This document shows, piece after piece, positions 40,662 through 49,154 of a stretch of DNA of 64,000 bases. The stretch spans positions 214,189-278,188 of the forward strand of contig JAVEYW010000002.1 of the NCBI GenBank assembly GCA_034003325.1, in the 5' to 3' direction. Positions within the stretch are counted from its first letter, which is position 1. Each line of letters begins with the position of its first letter. Position numbers and translations under genes: made by a program. This stretch comes from Desulfobacterales bacterium (GTDB taxonomy: Bacteria > Desulfobacterota > Desulfobacteria > Desulfobacterales > JAFDDL01). Under the pieces are notes generated by a model, which saw nothing but the letters and a program-made list of their open reading frames with translations, did no database searches and was not told the DNA's origin.

Positions 40662-41431
40662 AAGCGCATTAAGTCCTTGGCCAGTGCCACCGGCCCGTCA
40701 TAGGTTTTCCGGCACTGACCCAGCATATCGGCCCTATCGCATTCCGGATAAAAGTGAGTGAGCACGAGTTGTTTAACGCCGGCGCGCGCCGCGATCGAAC
40801 CGGCCAGCGACGGGGTCAGATGCCCCGGGGTTTTTAACGCATCCGGCAAGGCCGCCTCACAAATCAGCACATCGGCGTTTCGGGCCAGGTTGATCAGGTT
40901 CTCGCTCATGTCCGTGTCGCCGGAATATACCACTGATCTGCCGTCCACGCCAGTGATGCGATAGGCCAGGCTTTCGGGCCGGTGGTCCACCGGCATCGAA
41001 TCTACGCGGATGCCCTGAAATTGAATGGAATTTGCGCCGGCGGTGTCCATTGACAGAATATCAAAAAAGGGGGACGGCAATTCAATCCACTCGCCATATA
41101 CCGCCCTGAGACCATTAAAAAAAGTGTGAATCCCCTTTCCCGCCACAAGGGTCAGCGGCCCGGATCGCAGCACTTTTTCAGGATATTTGTTGGCAAATAA
41201 AAACGAAACCAATTCACCCGTGTGATCCGGGTGAAAATGGCTCAAAAACAGATGAGATATCTCGAAAACACGGAGACCGGCCTTTAAAAGCCGGTGCATG
41301 GTGCCCGGCCCGACATCCAGCAGGATTTTGGCCTCTCCGGTTTCCACAAGTACGGCGCAGGCGCTGCGCGCCAGCGAAGGGACGCATGTGCCGGAGCCAA
41401 GAATTGTTATGCGGGTGTGCGGTCGTCTCAA
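40658..41431 (-). CDS. MBL-fold metallo-hydrolase (RNase Z-like)
   Basis: LSHFHPDHTGEL (HxHxDH). 257 aa. Confidence 0.85.
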   Translation of the reverse strand: MRRPHTRITILGSGTCVPSLARSACAVLVETGEAKILLDVGPGTMHRLLKAGLRVFEISHLFLSHFHPDHTGELVSFLFANKYPEKVLRSGPLTLVAGKGIHTFFNGLRAVYGEWIELPSPFFDILSMDTAGANSIQFQGIRVDSMPVDHRPESLAYRITGVDGRSVVYSGDTDMSENLINLARNADVLICEAALPDALKTPGHLTPSLAGSIAARAGVKQLVLTHFYPECDRADMLGQCRKTYDGPVALAKDLMRL

Positions 41432-42460
41432 TCAACTATCCCCTGCGGTGCTTTTCTTTTTTTCGCGGGGAGGCTTTTTACCCCCTTTATATTCAATCTG
41501 ATCCACGATCCACTTGAATAGGACTTTGTTGTTCCAAGCCGCTACGCCTTCGGGCAGGTTTGCGACATTGAGTTCCGCGCGGGCCATGCTTTTGTGGCCG
41601 CCTGCGGAACCGAACGGCCCGAAACTTTGTTTGGCGAGGTTTCCGGCGCTGGCTCGTAACCCGTCATTTCGAAAAATGATGACCAGAACGCCTTCGTAAA
41701 TGCCCGAGACAATGCTGTAATTGATTTGATGCACGCGCATGAAAAAATCCGCGATCAGCACACAGATATCCGGTGTGGCCACGGGGCCGAGATACGCAAA
41801 AACCCTGCCTTTTCGAATACGCATGTTTTCCAGGGCGATTCGGTAGTATTTCAGAAAGTCGAGCCGAATTTCATCGTGCTCTATTTTTTTGGCCAGTTGA
41901 ATGTTGGCGTGTTGATATAAAAATTGAAAGGCCCGAATATCCTCGACAAGCGCCGGGCGTTCGAAATTGCTGGTATCGGTTTTAATGGCATGAAACAGCC
42001 CGGTTGCCAACTTGACCGAAGGCTTGATGGCGGCTGCCCGCAGGTATTCGGTAATGATGGTGGCTGTGGCGCCATAGGTGGGTCTTATATCCAGAAAAGC
42101 GGCATTGCAGGCAGTAGCCGGGTGATGGTCAATAACGACATGCGGCGCAAGCTGGGAAAAGGCCTTGTTATGCTCCGGCTGCGAATCGACCATGATGATT
42201 CGGCTGAATCGCGAGGGATCGATCTTTTCAATATAGACCAATTGCACCCCCAATAACCGAATCATGGCCAGATTGTCCGGTCGCTTGATAATATTGATAT
42301 TCGTTATCACGATGCCGGAAACCTTACGCCATAATAACCGTTTGACACCCATAGCGCTGGCAATGGCGTCCGGGTCCGCATTGATAACGATCAGAACCTG
42401 GTCGTCTCCTTTAAAAACCGCGTAGAATCTCCTCAGTTTTTCCTGTGCCGACAGGGCCAT
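41432..42460 (-). CDS. nrnA: DHH/DHHA1 phosphoesterase (NrnA-like)
   Basis: DPDAIAS, DHHP and GGHKSMA motifs with a Lys-rich tail. The ORF track extends to 42508. I prefer ATG 42460 (SD AGGAAAGGG upstream). Confidence 0.85.
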   Translation of the reverse strand: MALSAQEKLRRFYAVFKGDDQVLIVINADPDAIASAMGVKRLLWRKVSGIVITNINIIKRPDNLAMIRLLGVQLVYIEKIDPSRFSRIIMVDSQPEHNKAFSQLAPHVVIDHHPATACNAAFLDIRPTYGATATIITEYLRAAAIKPSVKLATGLFHAIKTDTSNFERPALVEDIRAFQFLYQHANIQLAKKIEHDEIRLDFLKYYRIALENMRIRKGRVFAYLGPVATPDICVLIADFFMRVHQINYSIVSGIYEGVLVIIFRNDGLRASAGNLAKQSFGPFGSAGGHKSMARAELNVANLPEGVAAWNNKVLFKWIVDQIEYKGGKKPPREKKKSTAGDS

Positions 42461-42644
42461 GGGTGTTCCCTTTCCTCGATGACGGGTTAGAACGAATGCG
42501 AAACTCAATTCATTTCTGACTTATGGCATACTGAATTATTTCTTCAGGCATCAATCAGAATTTTATTTCTGTAACCTACTATAACACAAATGTATTCCAA
42601 TGAACCAGCCTCAACATTCGGAAACATGGATTTCTTTTTTCCCC

Positions 42645-42672
42645 TTGACAACAAAAGGTAGGCGTTGATAAA
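42645..42672 (+). promoter_or_regulatory. Putative sigma70-type promoter of the F0 atp operon
   Basis: TTGACA (42645-50), a 16-nt spacer, then GATAAA (42667-72). Confidence 0.3.
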
Positions 42673-42799
42673 CCTACTTTCTTAATTTTAATGATTTTAC
42701 GATCGGTCGGCATCCGACATGCCGGTGGAAATTCAGCAATCGGTTGTGCTTTGTTTCATGAAAAACCCTGGTGTAAAGGAAGTCTCCGGGTGAATACGC

Positions 42800-43063
42800 G
42801 TGTTATTCGATTTCAAAAAAAATCGTGCATGGACGGACAATCTTCATATTTTAATGCAAATCGGGCTCACGATGGTCGGTTGCATACTGTTTTGTCTGTG
42901 GCTCGGTATCAAGCTGGACCAGTGGCTCGGCACGAAGGGCGTTTTTACTACGATTTTCATACTTCTGGGGATTGCCGGCGGCGGGGTTACCGTTTATCGG
43001 CAGATAGATGAGACGATGACATCATCTCAAAAGAAACCGGACGAACCGGACAACGAGGGGTAG
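42800..43063 (+). CDS. atpZ: AtpZ-type small membrane protein of ATP synthase operons
   Basis: 87 aa with two hydrophobic helices (ILMQIGLTMVGCILFCLWLG, VFTTIFILLGIAGGGV). It occupies the first position in the atp operon. GTG start per the ORF track. Confidence 0.7.
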   Translation: MLFDFKKNRAWTDNLHILMQIGLTMVGCILFCLWLGIKLDQWLGTKGVFTTIFILLGIAGGGVTVYRQIDETMTSSQKKPDEPDNEG

Positions 43064-43066
43064 CCG

Positions 43067-43447
43067 TTGGAATCGATTCGTCAAATACAGAAAAAGTATT
43101 GTTCCCGTGCCATTATCCTGGCGATAGTTTTAGGGTTGGGGTTTATTTTGGCCGGATATAAACCCATTGGCAAGGGGCTGATTCTCGGGACACTCTTCGG
43201 CATCCTCAATTTTATTCTGATGGGGGAAACCCTTCCCTGGCGGGTCGGCCAATCCAAAAATAAAGCCACGGCCATTTCAGCAGTTTCCATTCTTTTCCGA
43301 TACGCGTTGCTTGCCATACCGATATTTATCGGCGTCAGATTTCCCGAGTTCAATGTGGCGGCTGCGATAATCGGCATATTTATGGTTCAATTCGTTCTTC
43401 TGGGAGAACAAATTTTACGGTTGATCACACCATTGACTAAAAAATAA
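43067..43447 (+). CDS. atpI: ATP synthase protein I (AtpI)
   Basis: 126-aa hydrophobic ORF between atpZ and atpB. TTG start with GAGGGG 6 nt upstream. Confidence 0.7.
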   Translation: MESIRQIQKKYCSRAIILAIVLGLGFILAGYKPIGKGLILGTLFGILNFILMGETLPWRVGQSKNKATAISAVSILFRYALLAIPIFIGVRFPEFNVAAAIIGIFMVQFVLLGEQILRLITPLTKK

Positions 43448-43458
43448 GGGTAAGGGGC

Positions 43459-44133
43459 ATGGAGGAACTAGGCAAAATACATCAGCTGCTGATTTCCGTC
43501 GGTGGATATAAAATGACTTTCAATCTCGAGGTCATCATCATGACATGGATTGTCATTTTGGCGTTGGTTCTGTTCGGCTACATGACGACCCGAAAGCGCG
43601 GCATTCTGCCGAATCCGTTTCAGGTGGTAGGCGAGCTATTGGTTGCCAACCTGTACGGACTGGCGGACGATGCTTTGGACAAAAAACTGGCCCAAAAATA
43701 TGCGCCGATGATCTGTGCGCTATTTATGTTTCTGGTATGTTCCAACTGGTTGGGAATTATTCCCCATCTGGAGGAGCCGACCAAGGACTTGAATACGCCG
43801 TTGAGTCTCGGGTTGTTGGGCTTTGTGATTGCCCACTGGGCGGGTATTCGCGCCAAGGGATTGAAATCTTATACGAAAGCCTATTTCGAGCCGATGTTTT
43901 TCATGATGCCGCTGAATGTGATTGGTGAGCTGGCAAAGGTGGTATCGATCTCGTTCCGTCTTTTCGGAAATATCATGGGCGGTTCCATCATCATCCTGGT
44001 GGTTTCCTATCTGACTTACAGCGTGTTGCTGCCCCCGTTTTTGAACGCGTTTTTCGGCCTTTTTGTGGGTACGGTTCAGGCTTTTGTATTCACCATGCTA
44101 ACAATCGTCTACATTTCGGTTCAGGTTAATTAA
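43459..44133 (+). CDS. atpB: F0 ATP synthase subunit a
   Basis: 224 aa. Stator-Arg motif SFRLFGNIMGG. Polytopic. Confidence 0.95.
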   Translation: MEELGKIHQLLISVGGYKMTFNLEVIIMTWIVILALVLFGYMTTRKRGILPNPFQVVGELLVANLYGLADDALDKKLAQKYAPMICALFMFLVCSNWLGIIPHLEEPTKDLNTPLSLGLLGFVIAHWAGIRAKGLKSYTKAYFEPMFFMMPLNVIGELAKVVSISFRLFGNIMGGSIIILVVSYLTYSVLLPPFLNAFFGLFVGTVQAFVFTMLTIVYISVQVN

Positions 44134-44136
44134 AAA

Positions 44137-45108
44137 ATGATACAAGATATCCATGTCTGGGAAAGGCTGGCACAATTTATCGGCGCTGCCGCCGCCATGG
44201 GGTTTGGTGCCATGGGTGCCGCCATTGGTGAGGGATACGTGGCCTCCGAGGCCACCCTGGCGATTTCGAGGACTCCGGAATCCACCGGTGACATCTTTAA
44301 AACCATGCTGGTGGGGCAGGCGGTTGCCGAATCCGCCTCTATTTTTGCGTTGGTTGTTGCCATGCTGCTGCTGTTTACACCGGCGCCCACGGGCAATCTC
44401 ACCGTGGCCTTTTCGCTGCTGGCGGCCGGGCTGTGCATGGGGTTGGGCGCGATCGGCTCAGGGGTTGGGTCCGGATTTCCCGGAGCGCAAGCCTGCAAAG
44501 GCATCGGTCGCCAACCGGCGTCCATGAAGCGCTTGACCACCACCATGCTGGTAGGGTCGGCGGTATGTCAGACACCGGCCATTTTTGCATTGGTAACCTC
44601 CTTGATTTTACTCTTTTTTAATTTCAGCACGCATCCATTTTCCCCCACATGGGCCGCAATTCTCGGGGCGAGCCTGTCCATGGGGCTGGGCGCGATCGGA
44701 TCCGGCATCGGAGAGGGGCTGGTGGCCGGTGCGGGCTGTGAGGGGGTGGCCAGAAATCCATCTGAAGCCGGGCCCATTACCAACATTATGCTGCTTGGGC
44801 TTGCAGTGACCGAAACCACGGCCATTTACAGCCTTTTGATTAGTTTTATTCTGATATTCAAAGAGTTTCCGTCTACTACATTGCTTGCACCCAGCGCAGC
44901 GCTTCTGTCGGCAGGTATTTGTATGGGGCTTGGTGCGTTTGGTCCGGGCGTCGGGGAAGGCTTTGCGGGGCATAATGCGGTAAAATGGATTGCAAGAAAC
45001 GAGGATGCCCGTGGCACCCTGGTTCGAACCATGCTGGTGGGGCAGGCTGTAGCCGAGTCCACGGGCATTTATTCACTGGTTGTTGCATTGGTATTGATTT
45101 TTGTCATA
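44137..45108 (+). repeat. Four diverged tandem coding repeats of about 243 bp, one c-hairpin module each
   Basis: Approximate module boundaries are 44137-44382, 44383-44625, 44626-44868 and 44869-45108. Helix-2 DNA begins with ATGCTG in all four modules (ATGCTGGT in modules 1, 2 and 4; ATGCTGCT in module 3) but clearly diverges afterwards. Confidence 0.85.
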
Positions 45109-45111
45109 TAG
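44137..45111 (+). CDS. atpE: Fused tetra-hairpin F0 c subunit: four tandem c-subunit modules in one polypeptide
   Basis: 324 aa. Contains four copies of the pattern Gly-rich helix 1, R-x-P/N loop, then helix 2 (MLVGQAVAES / MLVGSAVCQT / MLLGLAVTET / MLVGQAVAES). The carboxylate is present at E65, E226 and E307, and is Gln at position 145. Confidence 0.9.
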   Translation: MIQDIHVWERLAQFIGAAAAMGFGAMGAAIGEGYVASEATLAISRTPESTGDIFKTMLVGQAVAESASIFALVVAMLLLFTPAPTGNLTVAFSLLAAGLCMGLGAIGSGVGSGFPGAQACKGIGRQPASMKRLTTTMLVGSAVCQTPAIFALVTSLILLFFNFSTHPFSPTWAAILGASLSMGLGAIGSGIGEGLVAGAGCEGVARNPSEAGPITNIMLLGLAVTETTAIYSLLISFILIFKEFPSTTLLAPSAALLSAGICMGLGAFGPGVGEGFAGHNAVKWIARNEDARGTLVRTMLVGQAVAESTGIYSLVVALVLIFVI

Positions 45112-45167
45112 GCTGTCGGCGGGGTTGCCGAACGGCGAAATTTAAAAAATTCTAGGAGGATCACATC

Positions 45168-45416
45168 ATGGCGATTGAAGGCGTGGACATTGTAAAAGCG
45201 GCGGCTTTTTTGGGCGCCGGTATTTCCATGGGACTGGGTGCCATCGGGCCGGGGGTTGGTGAAGGCATGGCAGCGGCAAAGGCATGCGAGGCCATTGGAA
45301 AAAATCCGAAGGAAGCAGGGCTGTTGACCCGGACCATGCTGGTAGGTCAGGCGGTATCGGAGTCCACGGGCATTTATGCGCTCGTTATTTCCCTGTTGCT
45401 CCTGTTTGTCGTCTAA
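45168..45416 (+). CDS. atpE: F0 ATP synthase subunit c (single hairpin)
   Basis: 82 aa: GAIGPGVGEG..GKNPKEA..MLVGQAVSESTGIYALV. Strong SD AGGAGG 7 nt upstream. Confidence 0.97.
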   Translation: MAIEGVDIVKAAAFLGAGISMGLGAIGPGVGEGMAAAKACEAIGKNPKEAGLLTRTMLVGQAVSESTGIYALVISLLLLFVV

Positions 45417-45452
45417 TCCGGACGGACAACATATTTTATCTGGAAAAAGATT

Positions 45453-45908
45453 ATGGAAATCGTAAGCAACATTGCCCTGATCAGTATCAATGAAACCCTG
45501 ATTGTTCAGGTTGTTTCCTTTCTCATACTGGTGTTTCTTTTAAATCGGATCATGTTTCGGCCGCTTCGGCGGACCGTTGAGGAACGAGGCGCGTTGATCG
45601 ATCGAATTCGTAAGGATATCGATCAGGCGGAGCAGGCGCTGGAAACCGTATCGGCGGAGACGAAAAAAAGAGAATCGGCTATCAAGGCGGACGCTTTTGA
45701 GGTTCAGGCGAGTTTGGAAGCGAGCGCGCAGCAGGAAGCCGGCGCCGTGCTGAAAGCCACGAGCAGGGAAATGGACGCCATTCGGAAAAAGGCCGAAGAC
45801 GATGTGACGAAAATGGTCGACGCCGCCAAAGCCAATATCACCGAGGAGGCCGAGCGGCTGACCGTTTCCATCATGGAAAAGATGTTGGATCGGAGGCTGG
45901 CATCATGA
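45453..45908 (+). CDS. atpF2: F0 ATP synthase subunit b'
   Basis: 151 aa with an N-terminal TM helix (LIVQVVSFLILVFLLNRIMF) followed by a long charged helix. Confidence 0.85.
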   Translation: MEIVSNIALISINETLIVQVVSFLILVFLLNRIMFRPLRRTVEERGALIDRIRKDIDQAEQALETVSAETKKRESAIKADAFEVQASLEASAQQEAGAVLKATSREMDAIRKKAEDDVTKMVDAAKANITEEAERLTVSIMEKMLDRRLAS

Positions 45909-46492
45909 AGTCTAATCCCTATTCGCGTTATTCGAAATGTGTTGTCGCCTTGTTGGTGCTCGGCCTTCTTTTATGGGGCCAGACCGCACTGGCGTCTGAA
46001 GGCGCCGCCAGTTGGCGGGGAACCTACGATACGGCAATGAAATGGCTGAACTTTTTTATTTTGGCCTTTTTGATTGTGAAATTCGGCCGGACCCCACTGA
46101 AGAATTTTCTGGAAGGGCAAAAGGAAAATGTGGCGGTTGAAATCAAGTCGCTTGAAAATGAAAAGGCGGCGGTTCAGTCAAAGGTCGAGGAAGCCCGAAC
46201 CCTCTTAGCGCAAAGCGATATTCGGGCGGCTGAAATAAAAGAGAAAATCATTCGTCAGGCGGAGGCTGAAAAAGAACGGATGATTCAAGAGGCCATGGCG
46301 CAAAGTCGCTTGATGCTCGAAAGCGCCAAACGGCGCGTAGAGAGCAAAATCCATTTTGCCAGAGCCTCCTTTATGGCTGAACTGGTCGACATGGCTGTTG
46401 CCGCTGCCATGGAGAAGCTTCCGACGGAGATAACGCCCGAAGACGATCGTAAATATCAGGATCTTTTCATGGCGCAAGTCGAGTCCATCTGA
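45905..46492 (+). CDS. atpF: F0 ATP synthase subunit b
   Basis: 195 aa with the same architecture as b'. ATGA overlap with b'. Confidence 0.85.
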   Translation: MKSNPYSRYSKCVVALLVLGLLLWGQTALASEGAASWRGTYDTAMKWLNFFILAFLIVKFGRTPLKNFLEGQKENVAVEIKSLENEKAAVQSKVEEARTLLAQSDIRAAEIKEKIIRQAEAEKERMIQEAMAQSRLMLESAKRRVESKIHFARASFMAELVDMAVAAAMEKLPTEITPEDDRKYQDLFMAQVESI

Positions 46493-46503
46493 TTTAAAAT
46501 AAA

Positions 46504-46546
46504 GCAGCCGCACCCTGTTATGTGGGATGCGGCTGCCGTGTTTTTC
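46504..46546 (+). terminator. Intrinsic terminator after atpF, in the convergent gap with clpB
   Basis: GCAGCCGCA (46504-12), a 15-nt loop, then TGCGGCTGC (46528-36), followed by CGTGTTTTT. Confidence 0.75.
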
Positions 46547-46568
46547 TCGGCAAACGGCGCATTGAGTG

Positions 46569-49154
46569 TCAGGCAGACTTAAAAACCAGCGCGCCATTCG
46601 CCTCTTCCACGGTAATTTTCATTCCTTCCCGAATTTCCCCTTTTAAAATCGCCATGGAGAGCGGATTTTCCATGTGTTTTTGAATGGCCCGCTTTAAGGG
46701 GCGCGCCCCATAAATCGGGTCATAGCCGAGTGTTGTCAGTAGTCCCAACGCATCGTCGGATAATTCAATCGTTACCTTTCGTTCGGCAAGCTTTTCACGC
46801 AATCCGGTTAGTTGAATCTCCACAATGCGACCGATCAGCTCGGGCGTGAGATTGTGAAAGATAATGGTTTCGTCGATCCGGTTTAAAAATTCCGGTTTGA
46901 AATTGGCTCGAAGCGCTTGCGTAATGCGCGCTTCCAACTCCTCGCGCCGATTTACACCCAATTCCTGAATCCACTGGCTGCCCACATTGGAGGTCATGAT
47001 AATGATGCAGTTTTTGAAGCTGACGGTGCGGCCGTGACCGTCCGTCATGCGGCCGTCATCGAGAATCTGCAGCAGCACGTTGAACACCTCCGGATGTGCT
47101 TTTTCAATCTCGTCAAAAAGCACAACCGAATAGGGGCGGCGGCGGACGGCTTCCGTCAGATATCCGCCCTCTTCATAGCCTACGTAACCCGGCGGGGCGC
47201 CGATGAGTCGCGCAACGGCATGCTTTTCCATATATTCGGACATGTCGATTCGGACAATGGCCAGCTCGCTGTCGAACAAAAACTCCGCCAGGGCCTTGGC
47301 CAGCTCGGTTTTTCCCACGCCCGTCGGGCCCATGAAGATAAAGGAGCCGATGGGCCGGTTCGGATCCTGCAATCCGGACCGGGCGCGGCGCACCGCATCG
47401 GAAACAGCGGAAATGGCCTCGCTTTGGCCGACCACGCGCTGTTCAAGCCGTTGCTCCATATGGACGAGTTTTTCCTTTTCCCCCTCCAGCATCTTGCTGA
47501 CGGGAATGCCGGTCCACCGGGAAATGACTTCGGCAATATCCTCGTCATCGACCTCTTCCTTGAGCATTTTCCGATCCGCCTGCAGTTTCAACAGCTGCTC
47601 ATTGGTCTGGTTGAGTTGCCGTTTAAGTTCTTCAAGCTTTCCGTAGCGAATCTCGGCCACCTTGGCCAGATCCCCGTTGCGCTCGGCCTGCTGGCTTTCC
47701 ATGTTCAACTGCTCGTGTGCCTGATTGATTCGACGAAGGGTCTGAATCAACTCCTTTTCATTTTGCCAATGGGCTTTCATGCCAGTGATGTCGGATTGCA
47801 TGTCGGCAATTTCTTTTTCCAGCGTTTGCAGTCTTTCCCGCGACGCCGGGTCCGTTTCTTTTTTCAGGGCTTCGCGTTCGATTTCAGCTTGAATGATTTT
47901 CCGCTGAATTTCATCGATTTCAACGGGCATGCTGTCGATTTCAATTCGCAGGCCGGAAGCACATTCATCGATCAGGTCTATGGCCTTATCCGGCAAAAAC
48001 CGGTCCGAGATGTACCGGTGCGATAATTTCGCGGCGGCCACGATGGCCGAGTCCTTGATTCTTACGCCGTGGTGAACCTCATATTTTTCCTTAAGCCCCC
48101 GAAGAATCGAGATGGTGTCCGCCACGGTGGGTTCGGTGACCAGTACCGGCTGAAACCGGCGCTCCAGGGCCGCGTCTTTTTCGATATATTTGCGATATTC
48201 GTTCAAGGTGGTGGCCCCCACGCACCGAAGTGTTCCCCGCGCCAGAGCGGGCTTTAACATATTGGAGGCGTCCATTGCGCCCTCGGCGGCGCCGGCCCCG
48301 ACCAGGGTGTGTAATTCATCAATAAACAGAATCACGTCTCCTTCGGCACGCTCTACCTCTTTTAAGACCGCTTTTAACCGATCCTCAAATTCACCCCGGT
48401 ATTTGGCGCCTGCGATGAGGGCGCCCATGTCCAGTGCGACCAGTCGGCGGTTTTTGAGTGTTTCCGACACATCACCGGCCACAATCCGTTGCGCCAACCC
48501 CTCGACGATAGCGGTTTTCCCCACCCCCGGCTCGCCGATAAGCACGGGATTGTTCTTTGTTCGCCTGGAAAGCACTTGCACGATTCGGCGAATTTCATCA
48601 TCCCGGCCGATGACCGGATCGAGCTTCCCCAGCCGGGCCAAATCGGTCAGATCCCGGCTGAACTTATCCAACGCCTGGTATTTTTCTTCCGGGTTGGGGT
48701 CTGTGATTCGCTGTGAGCCCCTGAGCGTCATCAATACCTTTAAAATCGATTCGGACCCAATGCCGTTTCGGTTTAAAATGGCGGCGGCGTCTCCTTCTTT
48801 TTCATTCGATAGGGCGAGCAGCACATGCTCGATGCTGACATACTCATCTTTCATGTTGGCCGCCTGGGCAAAGGCTTTATCCAAAACGTCCTTTGCCCGC
48901 TTGGATAAATAAACGTCATCCATGCCACCGCTGATTTTCGGAAATCGAGCCAAGGCCAGGTTGACTTCCTGCAATACGACACCGGGGGACACGCCGAGTT
49001 TGCGGCAAACGCCGATGGCGATGCCCTCCTTTTCCTCCAACATCGCCGCCAGCAGATGCTCCGGCTCGATTTGCTGGTGCCCTCTGGTTGAGGCCAGAGA
49101 TTGGGCGTTGCTGAGCAATTCCTGAGCTTTTATGGTTAATTTATCAAAGCGCAT
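46569..49154 (-). CDS. clpB: ATP-dependent chaperone ClpB
   Basis: 861 aa. Two AAA+ modules ([18 protein letters not shown]) with a middle coiled-coil domain. Confidence 0.97.
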   Translation of the reverse strand: MRFDKLTIKAQELLSNAQSLASTRGHQQIEPEHLLAAMLEEKEGIAIGVCRKLGVSPGVVLQEVNLALARFPKISGGMDDVYLSKRAKDVLDKAFAQAANMKDEYVSIEHVLLALSNEKEGDAAAILNRNGIGSESILKVLMTLRGSQRITDPNPEEKYQALDKFSRDLTDLARLGKLDPVIGRDDEIRRIVQVLSRRTKNNPVLIGEPGVGKTAIVEGLAQRIVAGDVSETLKNRRLVALDMGALIAGAKYRGEFEDRLKAVLKEVERAEGDVILFIDELHTLVGAGAAEGAMDASNMLKPALARGTLRCVGATTLNEYRKYIEKDAALERRFQPVLVTEPTVADTISILRGLKEKYEVHHGVRIKDSAIVAAAKLSHRYISDRFLPDKAIDLIDECASGLRIEIDSMPVEIDEIQRKIIQAEIEREALKKETDPASRERLQTLEKEIADMQSDITGMKAHWQNEKELIQTLRRINQAHEQLNMESQQAERNGDLAKVAEIRYGKLEELKRQLNQTNEQLLKLQADRKMLKEEVDDEDIAEVISRWTGIPVSKMLEGEKEKLVHMEQRLEQRVVGQSEAISAVSDAVRRARSGLQDPNRPIGSFIFMGPTGVGKTELAKALAEFLFDSELAIVRIDMSEYMEKHAVARLIGAPPGYVGYEEGGYLTEAVRRRPYSVVLFDEIEKAHPEVFNVLLQILDDGRMTDGHGRTVSFKNCIIIMTSNVGSQWIQELGVNRREELEARITQALRANFKPEFLNRIDETIIFHNLTPELIGRIVEIQLTGLREKLAERKVTIELSDDALGLLTTLGYDPIYGARPLKRAIQKHMENPLSMAILKGEIREGMKITVEEANGALVFKSA

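Noticed and set aside
44130-44546. 138-aa minus-strand ORF, plus several 60-125-aa ORFs in other frames across 44153-45088
   Set aside because: All overlap the fused c-subunit gene. Only the 44137 frame yields repeated, recognisable c-subunit hairpins.
44137-45111. Possibility that the 324-aa ORF is an assembly artefact or four separate atpE genes
   Set aside because: The frame is open across all three module junctions, with hydrophobic or proline-containing linkers. No internal SD-ATG pairs sit at the junctions. The modules are diverged at the DNA level, so repeat collapse is unlikely. It still deserves read-level confirmation.
42800-46492. Possibility that this is an N-ATPase (atpDCQRBEFAG-type) operon
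   Set aside because: The gene order starts with atpZ/atpI-like genes. It lacks AtpQ/AtpR and any F1 genes, and it has separate b' and b genes. It fits a split conventional F-type F0 operon better.
46917-48026. 369-aa plus-strand ORF
   Set aside because: It lies entirely antisense to clpB, whose AAA+ motifs are unambiguous. The translation is low-complexity with no motifs. This is a typical shadow ORF in GC-rich coding DNA.
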